The position numbers and the translations under genes were made by a program. 64,000 nt of DNA from Camelus dromedarius (lineage: Eukaryota): contig NC_087451.1 of assembly GCF_036321535.1 (NCBI RefSeq), positions 47,988,001 through 48,052,000 on the forward strand, given 5' to 3'. Below, piece by piece: positions 34,319 to 45,900 of the stretch (position 1 is the first letter of the stretch; each line of letters starts with the position of its first letter). The notes beneath the pieces are model-generated. The model saw nothing but the letters and a program-made list of their open reading frames with translations, searched no databases and was not told the DNA's origin.

Positions 34319-36372
34319 CTGAGATAAGGATTCTTAAACTGATCATTTTCCTAGATGGCCCAGGATTCAGTTTGTGATGGGCAAGCCAAGGGGGTTATGA
34401 CATCAACCTTGAGATTTAAGGTTAAAGATGTAACTCAGGAATCTTTTCCTTTAGTAAGGGAAATTATCTTGACCTTAAATTTGTATATATTTCTGGCCTT
34501 TATGACTTCTTTTCATTTTTCTTAAACTAACTTCTGAAAAGCTTCATTTTCATTATTTTTTAGTTATATCTGATCTCTCTTTCCAGACCAAAGAGTCTGG
34601 GAAGTACTCTGTGTAGTATTTATAGTCATTTTGTCGCTGGATTAAGCCAGATTTTTCCCTGTACATAGCTGGCATTTTATTGGCCTCTGCAGAACTGCTT
34701 TTTCTGGATTGCACTTTGGCAATCCATATGAAAATCCCTATGAAATTTAATTGTTGTAGATACCGTAAAGGGTTGTTTATCATTATAATTCATAACTCAT
34801 AATGTTCTATTTAGGATAGTTGGGAGAATTTCCTTTGAACTCAGTTATGCTTTTCCTGAATTGCTGTTTGATTTTTATCTTCAAGACACTATATATTCAA
34901 CTGACTCTATTTTTCTTTCCATACTGATGCTAGACCACTTAGAGCCCAGTTTGTGGCCCACCTTCAGAAAGTGTTGAGGACCTCATGTTATGTGTTTTGT
35001 ATGCCAGCCACGTTCTTGGTTCCATCTTCCTTTTCTACGTTTACTTTCCTCATTCTCATTTTTCTGTTTTAATCTTTTTTTAAAAAATTTTATTAGATTA
35101 TCTGCATCTTTGTAAGCCTTTTAGAATGAGGTTAGGGTATAAATAAATAAAAGAATGTATCCTTAATCCTTTTGATTATCTCATTTGTTTCTCTTTAGAT
35201 ACTTTTTTAGCTTTATTATATATTTTAAAAGTTTTAATAACCAGAACTGCACGTTGGATAAAGACTCTGAATACTAAGAATAGGAATTAATGGCTTCTAA
35301 AATAGTAGTTAAGAGTATTAGATTGGAATTTAGGAGACCTGGTGCCTTGCTTGATCCACCAATAAATATCTCAGTGTCTTTATACAAGTCATTTTAACTC
35401 TGGATTTTAGTTTCAACTAATGTATAAATGAGGGGATTATAACCACTGGTTCTTACTTGTGGGGGATGAGTTTCAGATTTCTGTGATGTTGTTTCAAAGG
35501 GCAGATGCAGATGATTTTATGACACTGTGTGTTTGGCCCAATGTTAATGTTTAGGTGACCCAACATTATATAGCCTCTCTGATCACAGCAGCATATTGGG
35601 TTAAGTTCTTTAGGACATGGTTAACATAATGTCACTAGGGTCCCTTTCCTAGGTCATGTTAGATAGCTTAGAGACTGTGATCATGTAAGTGTAGTTTGAA
35701 TCATTTCTTATCATATGAGGACATTTTTTAACATACTCTCTTCAATCAGTGGTGCATTACAGCAGTGATTCTCAGAGTAGAATGGAGGTAGTGATAGAAA
35801 ATCAAAGTTTCAGAAAATATAACTTGAAACAGCACTGCTTCCACTCCTCGCCCTACCCCTAGTTTTGATATGCTTATCCCTGGAAGGCAGTCTTTCCTGC
35901 CACCCTCCATCCTCATTCAGAATCACTGACCTTTAAATATGATACTTTCTACTTATTCACATGAAATTCAGTTTGAAAAAAATTTTTATATACAACCTGA
36001 AATGATCTTTTAATAGTCCTATATTTTGATTTTTCATTACCTAGAAGAAATCAGATATACCTTTAAGTATGGATATTTTATTCTACTCCCTTCTGTCTTT
36101 TCTAAGAATTTAAGGTTAGTCTTAACACCAGTTCTCATATTCTTCTTTTGAGAAAAGTGTCCTTATAGTTCTACTCAGTGTTTTTTATGCCTAACCTAAG
36201 TTATTTTATCATATATTGATCTGTTCATTTGTTCACTTGTTCATTGATTTAATAAACTGGTAACCTCAATTTCTTGATTTACTTCTTTAAATAGTCTTCA
36301 ATGTAAAAATCTTGTCTAAGCTTAAAAAATTTTTTAATTAAATAAAAGCATATTCACTGTGTTATTGGCCCC

Positions 36373-36579
36373 TGTAATGGGCTGAATTGTGCTGCCTCCC
36401 TATTCATATATTGAAATCCTAATCCCCAGTACTTCAGAATGTGACTGTATTTGGAGATAGGGTCTTTACAGGCATAATTAAGTTAAAATAAGGTCTTATG
36501 GGTGGGCCCTAATCCTATATGACTGGTGTCCTTATAAAGAAGAGGAAATTAGGAAACAGACAAACACACAGGGAAAACC
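36373..36579 (+). mobile_element. MaLR LTR (MLT1-like) 5' part, truncated by the gap
   Basis: TGTAATGGGCTGAATTGTG...CAGAATGTGACTGTATTTGGAGATAGGGTCTTTA...TGACTGGTGTCCTTATAAAGAAGAGGAAATT, the typical MLT1 5' sequence. Confidence 0.85.
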
Positions 36580-36753
36580 NNNNNNNNNNNNNNNNNNNNN
36601 NNNNNNNNNNNNNNNNNNNNNNNNNNNNNNNNNNNNNNNNNNNNNNNNNNNNNNNNNNNNNNNNNNNNNNNNNNNNNNNNNNNNNNNNNNNNNNNNNNNN
36701 NNNNNNNNNNNNNNNNNNNNNNNNNNNNNNNNNNNNNNNNNNNNNNNNNNNNN
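36580..36753. other. Assembly gap (174 N)
   Basis: Run of N between RSKR and SPAG5. Confidence 0.99.
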
Positions 36754-37099
36754 AACTATGGAGAATTGTGATAAGATTAATCAGGAATGACTATTTTACT
36801 TACAAAAAAGCATGCTACCTTCTTCCGTATAGGTTGGTTTTGTTTATATTATGAGACATCATTATTTCAGATTTCATTGGCCTCTCCATGAGTTTTACTG
36901 GTTTATGGAGCCCCACTGATTAGCAGCTGTCATACTGCCTCCTTTGTTCAGTACCTCATCATACACAGTAGCAGGGCTAATAATTCCAGTTTTATCCTTG
37001 AGTTCACTCAGAATTGCCTAGTGGATACTTAGAGGTGCTGTCTGGGCTATGTAATTGTATTTTTGCAAATTAAATACTCTCTAATCCTAAAATTTAAAA

Positions 37100-37600
37100 A
37101 CTACATTGTTTCTAAAAGTTGGACTCTAACTTCACATCATATACAAAACTTAATTTTAGCTACATCTAGCAATTAAATGTGATCATCAAAACAATAAAAA
37201 TCTTAGAACATCTGGGAGACTAGGCCTACAAACAGATGGAGGAGATAACTTAAACCAGGACAGAAAATGAAAACACTATAAAAGAAAAAAACATATTTAC
37301 ATAAAAAACTTGATGAATGAATCAACAGGATAAGAAATCCAGATGTTCTGAAAGGAAAGAAATATCTTGACCATGTAAAAGTTTTATCTTTGTGTGGCCA
37401 AAGATATCATTAATAAAGTCAAAGGACAAAAAATAGATCTAAAGAAAAATATTTGCAATGTGATGACAATGTCTGTAACACAGAACTCTTACAAATTAGA
37501 AAAGAAAAATAAACTTTTTTAAAGAAGGGCAAGGAAGATGAAGTAATGAATCAATTAATTAGATCTGTAATAGTGTTAAGCTCAGAAGGCTCTGTATAAG
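37100..37600 (+). mobile_element. Decayed L1 ORF2 3' fragment
   Basis: A-rich sequence with L1-like motifs (CTAACTTCACATCATATACAAAA, AAAATATTTGCAA, GAACTCTTACAAAT). Confidence 0.55.
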
Positions 37601-37672
37601 ATACTGAGTGGGGGAAAAAATGCAGAAAGTGTAAGAAATGATGCCATTTCTGTAGAGGACTCAATGCTTTCT

Positions 37673-37674
<2 letters not shown>

Positions 37675-37710
<36 letters not shown>

Positions 37711-37718
37711 GAGAGACA
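37675..37718. repeat. (GT)n microsatellite followed by a short (GA)n
   Basis: About 15 GT units at 37675-37705, then AAAGAGAGAGAC. Confidence 0.95.
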
Positions 37719-38477
37719 GAAAGAGGGAAACAATGTGAAAAAGAAAACCTGGAAGGGAGAGAGGAATAATGCAAGTGTAAAGAAAAGGGGAAAAAAAGGC
37801 ACTAGGCCTCAACCCCATAGACCCCAGTTTGCACATCAATTAATTTGGGGGAAAAAATAAAAACAAAACGTGTGTATATGTGTGTGCACACATATATGTT
37901 TTTATAAATGTATACACACTATTGTTTATCTCAAGTGGGTATAATGGATGGAGGAGGCTTTGCCTTTAATATGTCTTTGCATTGTTTCATTTGCTACAAG
38001 CATCTATTTTTTATCATTTGAAAAACACCAAATTAAAAAAAATCATACAAAACAACACCAACAAATTAATTCTGCTTATGTTGCCTATTTACAACAGTAT
38101 TTTCCCTTCCTCTACCTCTCCACATACCTCCTAATTTGCTGCTGGAAGCAACATATCCCTTTGGCTACTCACCTGACATCTGACATACCAACTGCAACAA
38201 GGACTAACCATTCATTCCAAGTCACACTTTCTATAATAAGCTTTCACTACTGGCACTTAAAGAGTTTTCTGTCTTGGTTTTTCTGCCCCTTCACCCTTAC
38301 TTTATTTGCTGGCTCTTTTGGGTTGACTAGAAGTACATATACCTTGGGATTCCCTCTGCTGAGTCTTGGGGAATCCCAGGCTCAAGTTTGTGTTCTTATG
38401 TTGTTTTTCTCCCAGTTTTCCATTCAAACTACTGTTATCTTTACCGCCTTTAGGCTGGGGCCATTATGTTTTTAGAG

Positions 38478-38779
38478 TGGTGGTGTCCAATAGAAATAAT
38501 ATAAGTCTCATAAATAATTTAAAATTTGCTAGTAGTCACATTAAAAATTAGGTAGAAAGATGAAATTAATTTTAATGTAATTTAACCTGATCTATCTAAA
38601 ATGTTTCAACATGTAATCAATATTTAAAAATAAGATACTTTACATCCTTTTTTTTTCATACAAAGTCATCGAAATTCAGTTTGTATTTTACACCTATAAC
38701 ACATCTCAATTTGGACTAGCCACATTTGAAGTGCTCAATAGCCACATGTGGCTAGTGGCTACGGTACTGGACAACACAG
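38478..38779 (+). mobile_element. MER33-like non-autonomous hAT-Charlie element, apparently full length
   Basis: Termini ...GTGTCCAATAGAAAT and AGCCACATGTGGCTAGTGGCTACGGTACTGGACAACACAG; flanked by an 8-bp near-identical TSD, TTTTAGAG (38470-38477) and TTCTAGAG (38780-38787), as expected for hAT elements. Confidence 0.85.
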
Positions 38780-39079
38780 TTCTAGAGGAGCCCCTCCCCT
38801 GAGAGCCTTGTAGTTAATAATACAGTTTTTCCTGTTTGGCTTATTGCCTTTTCCAAATTCATTAAGACCTCAGAGTGTAAATAAGGTGCTGGGAGTGTTA
38901 AAAGGAACATAATTTATCATAAACTATAACTCTGAATACTTACCTTTAGGCTGTTTCCCAAAATCAGCCCCATCTACAGTAGCTAATTTCCCGCACTCAG
39001 GGGATTCAAGCGACAGTAGAATCGTTAGTATGTTGTTAGTGTGGGTTGCTCTCTTGACTCGACCATTTGCTACCTGTGG

Positions 39080-39200
39080 GGCATTGGGCAAAAGACATTA
39101 TTTGTGACTCAGTTCCTTCGTCTGTAAAATGGGGATATTTACGGTACCTACTTCATAGGCCCTTGTGGGGATTAAAGGAAGTTAACGTATAAAAGGCTTT
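39080..39200 (-). mobile_element. MIR SINE fragment
   Basis: CTCAGTTCCTTCGTCTGTAAAATGGGGATA...GTACCTACTTCATAGG is the antisense MIR core. Confidence 0.7.
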
Positions 39201-39201
39201 T

Positions 39202-39318
39202 GAGGATAGCTAAAGTGGTAGAGCTCATGCTTAGTCTGGGTTCAATCCCCAGTAACTCCGTTAAAAATAAGTATATAAAACCTAGTTACCCACCCCAATA
39301 AACCGAAACAAACAAAAA
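39202..39318 (+). mobile_element. Camelid tRNA-derived SINE with an internal deletion
   Basis: GAGGATAGCTAAAGTGGTAGAGCTCATGCTTAGTCTGGGTTCAATCCCCAGTAACTCC, then an A-rich tail, an AACCTAGTTACC module and a second tail. Confidence 0.8.
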
Positions 39319-39479
39319 GGATTAAACCCTTTTGGCAGAGTGCCAGGTGCCTAATAAGTGCTCAATGCTTGTGAGCTATTACTGTTAAACTTGTAGCCGG
39401 TTCTGAGGGAAGTCCCAAGAAAACACCGGAAATCCTGAAAAGGCTAAATTACAGCGCAGTTTGAGAACCACACCTCAGG

Positions 39480-39990
39480 CCAACGCAGACTCAGGACCTA
39501 CGCGCGGACCAACCGGCCTACGTGAAAAACGTCCCACTCACCTTCCCTTCTAGACCTCAGGCCGGCTCCTTGGTCAGGGCTGAGTTAACTGGTTTTCCTC
39601 AGGGAAACCTGAGGAGAGACTTCCTAAGGCCAGCCGGCGGAGGCAGCTTTCCCGATAGAGTGTTAGGGTGGCCTACTGGAAGCACTAGGGATGGACTCCT
39701 CGACTGTCCAGCTACCTGGAGCCCTCGCCGAGGTGAGGCAGGAATACCCGCCGCCTTGGGCCTGGGGTGCGTCCCTCCTGCCGCCCGCGTAGGTGGTGGG
39801 GGAATCAGCCGCCAGCTAGCGCACCTTGGCCAGGGCGGGGCCAACGCAGGCCCCGCCCCGCGCCCGCTGGACGCACTGAGGCCTCACAGCCAATCGGGAA
39901 GCGCGGAGCAGGTTCAAATAAAGACGGCGGGTGAGCATGGCGTCACCTCTAGGGTCCGGGAGGTGATCGCCTAGCGTTATGCGTTGAAGA
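39480..39990 (+). promoter_or_regulatory. SPAG5 CpG-rich promoter with GC box, CCAAT box and inverted CHR
   Basis: GC box CCCCGCCCC near 39851, CCAAT at 39890-39894 and TTCAAA (reverse of the CHR element TTTGAA) at 39913-39918. This is the standard G2/M promoter arrangement. Confidence 0.75.
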
Positions 39991-42900
39991 TGTGGCGGGT
40001 GAAAAAACTAAATCTTAGCCTGTCGCCTTCGCCCCAACCGGTGAGTGGGAGGGCCTCATGGAGAGAGAGAGCGAGCGAGTTGTGCTGGGGTTTCGGGGCC
40101 GAGGCGCTGGCAGTGCCGAGCGTGGTGGAAAGTTGGGTCCAGCCTGGGGCGGGGGGTGGGGGGCGTGTGGAGTCTTTCTGGTCCTGATGTTCGGAGGACT
40201 GGGGTTGGAGCCTACTCTGCTTATTGCTAGTGAGCTTCTTAGGGAGGGAGGAGAGCTTCTTAGGGCAGGCTGGCAGAGCTCAGGCTTTATCACATTTTCT
40301 CTTTCTTAGGGAAAACCAGCTATGAGAACACCTCTCCGAGAACTTATCCTGCAGCCTGGTGCCCTCACCAGCTCTGGAAAAGGGCCCCCTATTGGGGGAT
40401 CCTCGCCAACCCCACCACTGTGCAAACTGGGGTTGCAGGTGAGATTCGCCTGCCCAGCTAGCTTCTCGACTGGGCTCTTTGCCGAGGCCAAGAGCTCAGA
40501 GGAACAGAGGGCCAGGGCTTGAACGTAATTAATAACGGTAATGAAGTTTTCTACCTCGGTGACATCCATTTACAGCTATTCAGGCCAACAGAGAGATGCC
40601 CTGGGGTGGTTAGAAGAAATCCACTGAGAACCGGCACCTCTATTTAGCTGTGAGTTTTTATCACCTCCTCCCTACTTCAGTCTATCAAAGTGATAGAAGT
40701 ACTATCACTTTGACTAGTGGTCTCCCTCTAATAGGGATTCACTTATGGAGAAGTCAGCTGCAAGAATGAGAGGTAGTCAAAACTCCTCAGGGGTCAAGTT
40801 GCACCACTGGAAGGCAGGTCACTTGGGCCACCATAGTTTAGTTCCCCTTTTAGAATTGCCCTCACTGAGTTGTACTTTTGTGAAAGGTCTTGAGAGAAAT
40901 GAGGATTGACTATACATTTCTCTGCATGCTGCTTTTCTCATTAGTAATGTGGTTTAAATTCTTCCATGTCAACTGGCGTAGAAATAATTCATAAGATACT
41001 ATAGTATGCATGAATCATAATTTATTCATAAATGGTCATTTATTTTTCCACTTTTTTTGCTTCTACAAACAATGCTAACATAAATATCTTTGTACTGATA
41101 CTTTTATTTCAATGAGATACATTTTTAGGAGTTGGATTATTGGTTTGAAGAAAAGATATTTTTAATTTTAATAAATTTTGCCAGATCACTATCTAAAATA
41201 GCTATTAGAATTCATATTTTCTCCAGCATTATATGAGGATATCCATTTCCCCACATCACCTCATGTAAGTCTAATTTTTTCTTTTTTTCTTTCTTTCTTT
41301 CTTTTTTTTTTTTTTTGGTAAATAATTGGTCTTTTTAGCTAAAGCTTCTAAAATAGTTTTGTTTTCCTGATAGTTCAGAAATTTTATTGTTTCTTGTCAA
41401 TCCTGCTTGGAACTTGGTGAGACATTTCATTATGCAAACTCAGCTCTTTCTTTACCTTAGAGAAATTTTCTTTTAATACTTGTTAATCAGTGCCTCACCT
41501 GTACCTGTTCTCTTTTCTCCTGGAACTTCTTTTATTCACATGTTAGGTTTGCTGGATTTAGCTTCCAATTCTTTTAGCTTTTCTCTCAGATTTACATTTC
41601 TTTTTATTTTTGTTTTTAAGATATTTCTCCCACTTGATTGTCCAGGCCAGTAATTCCAGTCTCAACTCTGATCATCCTCTTTCAATTCATATTACTGAAA
41701 TTTTTTGTTTAAAAATTATATTTATTATTTCCAGAACATCTTTGTGTATATGAGTTGTACTCAGATCTTCTTACATATTCATATAGTTTTTGGTTCAAAT
41801 AGTCATGTGTTTCTTCCATCAGCTGTGTTTTGGTAGGGTCTACCTTTCCTAACTATCTTAGGTTTGTCCTTTCTCTGGCTACTAGGTCCACTTAAGTACA
41901 TTCCTATTTTCCTTCATGTTCATTGAGTCTCAGGACTAGCAACCCTACATGTGGTAGAGAGTGCAGTGGTCTTTGTCCCTGTGAACCAGCAGCAGGGAGC
42001 TTGTCAGTCCCTTATCTGGGCACACCAGGAAGAGGTCTTTCTGCTCTTCATTATCCTCTGCTAAAAAGGCTAGAACTCTTCAAATCCCAAGAGTTGAATG
42101 GCTTCAAGCCATGTGTTCAGGACACCCTCAGCTTTCGGGGCTAAGGAGACTAACTAGGTCACTGGCACAGGTTGATGCTGCCCTTTCTCCCTAGGGTCCA
42201 TGGATCTCTGTGGGCCAAGTGCTCTCTAACTCTAGTCCCCAGTTTCTCATCTGCTCCAAAAGGAAGAAAATCTTATACCAACTCTAGATTTTGACAGAAC
42301 TTGACCCAGGGACCCTTCCTACCTAGTCCCATAGAAGTGAATTTGAGTTAGGATTGGAGAAGAGTGGGGTCACTTTCAAGCTACCATCTCCCCATGGTAT
42401 GGATAGATTATCTTAGCCTTGTTTATACTGTGACCTGTTCACTTGGAAGGACCCCAAAGGGCTTCCCAGCTTTTGTACTAGGTCTCTGTAGTAAGTAGCA
42501 AGTCTTAGCCAACTTTTTACCTAAGCAAAGGTAATGAGAACTCTTTCCTTTTTTGAGTTCAGACAGTATCCTGCACCCATAATTGTACTTTGAGAACCAG
42601 AATTGACTGTCTTAGTCCACTACTTTTGTTTCTGTTTGCAGGAAGACAGCAACAACTTATCTCCACTGGATTTTGTCAATGCTAAGAAGATAGACTCCTC
42701 TTCAGAACAGTTCAGCCATTCCTCAAAGTGGCTTGAAGCTTGTCAACATGAATCAGATGAGCAGCCCCTAAATCTGATGCCCCAAACCAACTCTACTCCC
42801 AAAACATCTGAGGAAGCTGTAGACCCACTGGATGACAATGTGGATAAAACCATGGTCCTTGTGCCGTCTCCAGGGGGGCAGCAGCAAGACATTATACTTG

Positions 42901-45900
42901 AGGCCCATTTAGATGCCGTGGCAGAGACAAACAGCTTCTCTCTAGATGGGCCCTTGAGGCCAGGAGACCTGCTGAGAAAGGAGGTGGCACCCTGCAAGGA
43001 AGACAACTTTTCAGAAATTGTTCCTGCTATGAGTGAGAAACCTATATTTCAGGATCCTCCATCTCATCTCTTAGAGTACCCACCAAATCCCTGTTCTGAG
43101 CAACAGCTACACTGCTCCAAGGAAAGCCTGAAGGACAGTAGAACTGAGGCTGTACCTGAGGACGTAGTCCCTTCTGAAAGTAATGCTTTCTTGCCTTCTG
43201 TGCTCTGGCTTTCCCCTTCAACTGCCTTAGCAACAGATTTTCCTGTCAGTCTTGTGGACCCAGAGGAGGAATTTGTAGAGCACAGAGCTGTAGAGGAGAG
43301 AGAAATGAGCTTTCCCACACTCCCCGAGGAGGCTGAATTGGGAGATCAAGCACCTATCTCAAATATGGAAGATATTCCATCCACATGCCTGACCCCAAAT
43401 CCAGGAGAAATGGAATCTCAGGCAGCTCCAGGGCCTGCCATGGAAGATGCTGGTAGGATTCCCATCTCTGATACAGGGCCTTGGATGTCCCCCCTGGCCT
43501 GGCTGGAAAAGGGTGTAAATACCTCTGTCATGCTGGAAAATCTCCGCCAGAGCTTATCGCTTCCCTCTGCGTTTCGGGATGCTGCGATTGGTACTACCCC
43601 TTTCTCTGCTTGCTCAGTGGGGACTTGGTTTACTCCCCCAACACAACAGGAAAAGAGTACAAACACATCCCAGACAGGCTTGGTGGGCACCAAGGACAGT
43701 ACTTCTGAGACAGAGCACCTCCTGTGGGGGTAAGTGTCCCTGTATCTTTGTGCTCCAGGGCTTCATTCACCTTGACCTGCCTCTCCCATCCCTTTCCTTT
43801 CTTCTTCTCATGTTCTTCTCTTCCTGCTGCAGCCGTCCTCCGGATCTGACTGCCCTGTCTCGACATGACCTGGAAGATAACCTGCTGAACTCTCTTATCA
43901 TTCTGGAGATTCTCTCCTGCCAGCTGCGGGACTGGAAGAGCCAGCTGACTAGCCCTTGCCCAGAAGTTCAGGACAGCAGCGCACAGACTGACACCCCTCC
44001 CAGTGGGGTAAGAAGTTTCCTCCCAAAGTGTGGAGGATCCCAGTGAACCCTCTTAGAATATATATTAAAGTTAAGGGTCTGGAAAATCCCTTAGAGCTGT
44101 GGGTACTCACTGTACCCCTGGGGTACATCAAAACTTTCCAAGGAATGCAAGCAAGGAAAGTTTTAGAGGAATCAGTTTCTAGATCTTTGTCTTCCAAATG
44201 CACTCTTTACTAATTTTCTTCTTTCCTACTTCCCTTTTCTCAGTTGCCCTTGCCCACTTTACTGAGTTTACTAAAAAAGGAGCATATTTCTACCTGTCCT
44301 GAATCTTACGTTGTGAAGGGATAGCATTCAAAGGACAAGAGAAAATATTTGTACACATGCTGAGAAAGCAATTGACTGCAATGATTTTGTAACATGGCAT
44401 TTTTGCATGCTTTCAACAAAATTGAAGGAGTTGACTTTAATTATGTCAGTGGATCATTAAAATTTTTTGATGGAGTTCACTACAAGATTTTTGGCATATA
44501 TCTCCAAAGGAGCACCTAGAATTGGGTGGCATGCCTTCTTTCATTCCTACTTATTACCATTATTTATGTGAAGAAGTTTTCTCACAAAATTTTACATCTA
44601 TAAAAATGGACAATAGGCATAGAATTGTTGCTGAACCATGTCTTACTGTAGGAATTATAGTAATCCACAGACACATGAACTAGTAAGTGGAGGGAAGCTC
44701 CATCCATTTCATTAATAGGTGATTCCCAATAAAATTTTACTGAGTATTTTTATGATTTTATTAAAAATTATATTATTACAGTGATTAGTATACAACTGAT
44801 GGAAATATTTCTTCATTCAAAAGAAAATTTTTTACTTAATGTCTTATGGTCAGGGAAACTTAAAAAGAATTTTAATTTAAATTTAGATGAACTTTTAAAA
44901 ATTTCTATTCTTTTTTTTCTGATTTTTTTATTGAAGTATAGTTGATGTACAATGTTATATAAGCTACAGATGTACAGAACAGTGATTTATAATTTTTAAA
45001 GGTTATAGTCCATTTATAGTTATTATAAAATATTGGCTGTATTCTCCGTGTTGTACAATATATCCTTGTTGTAGAGATATTAATTAATAATAGACTTTAA
45101 AATGTAAAAATATATTACATTAGGCTAAAATTCTGAGAGGATTAAAATTAGAGGTTCAAAGGGAAAAGGGGACGGTATAAAATTTCTGACTGTTAAAGAA
45201 GAGCTTGTTCATGTAATTTTTAAAGGTATCAAATAGTCTTCAGTCATTATGGTATATGTCATATTTATACCATTGGGTATATTTATACCATTGTGTATAT
45301 TTATGAGTGATTTAACAGTTCTATTTCAAACTATCAATATTTATAATATGGTGGAAATTATGGCCTTTGTAACAATTTAAACTTAAGGATACTCACTCTT
45401 TCAAAATTACTGTAGGAGATATGAGAGGGAACCAGTTTAAAGACTTTTTCTAGAGGACTCTAGCTTTGATGACACAGGCCAAGGAAGTAAGGGAACGTGT
45501 CAGGAAGGAATTGAGAGCCTGAGTGTTCTGGCTGTTGAGGTAATAGGTGGCTGCTACTAAGAAGAGATGGTCTCCCAAAACCCAAGACCTCCTTTGGATT
45601 GAAAATATCCTCAAAATAATGACTTTACCTTTTGCCAAAATCCTGGAAGCCATAGGCTCATCATTCTACTGGCTGCTCAGTTTCTTTCCTGTGTTACCTT
45701 ATTTTTGTATCCTTTCCTCTTGTCCTTGACTTTTTCGCCATCCCTGTGTTGGCCTTATATCCTCTTTCCTTGAAGCTTGCCAAATCCTTTTGGAGACCAC
45801 TGAAGCAGAACCAAAGAGAGGAAATGACAGAACCTTCAGCCATTCCCCATCACAGAGCCAGGTCCTTGCTGCTTGGCTGCCTCATTCACACTAATCTCAT

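Noticed and set aside
34172-37718. Short tandem arrays as CRISPR-like or otherwise structured repeats
   Set aside because: Simple microsatellites ((TTTA)n, (GT)n) with no repeat-spacer organisation, in a mammalian context.
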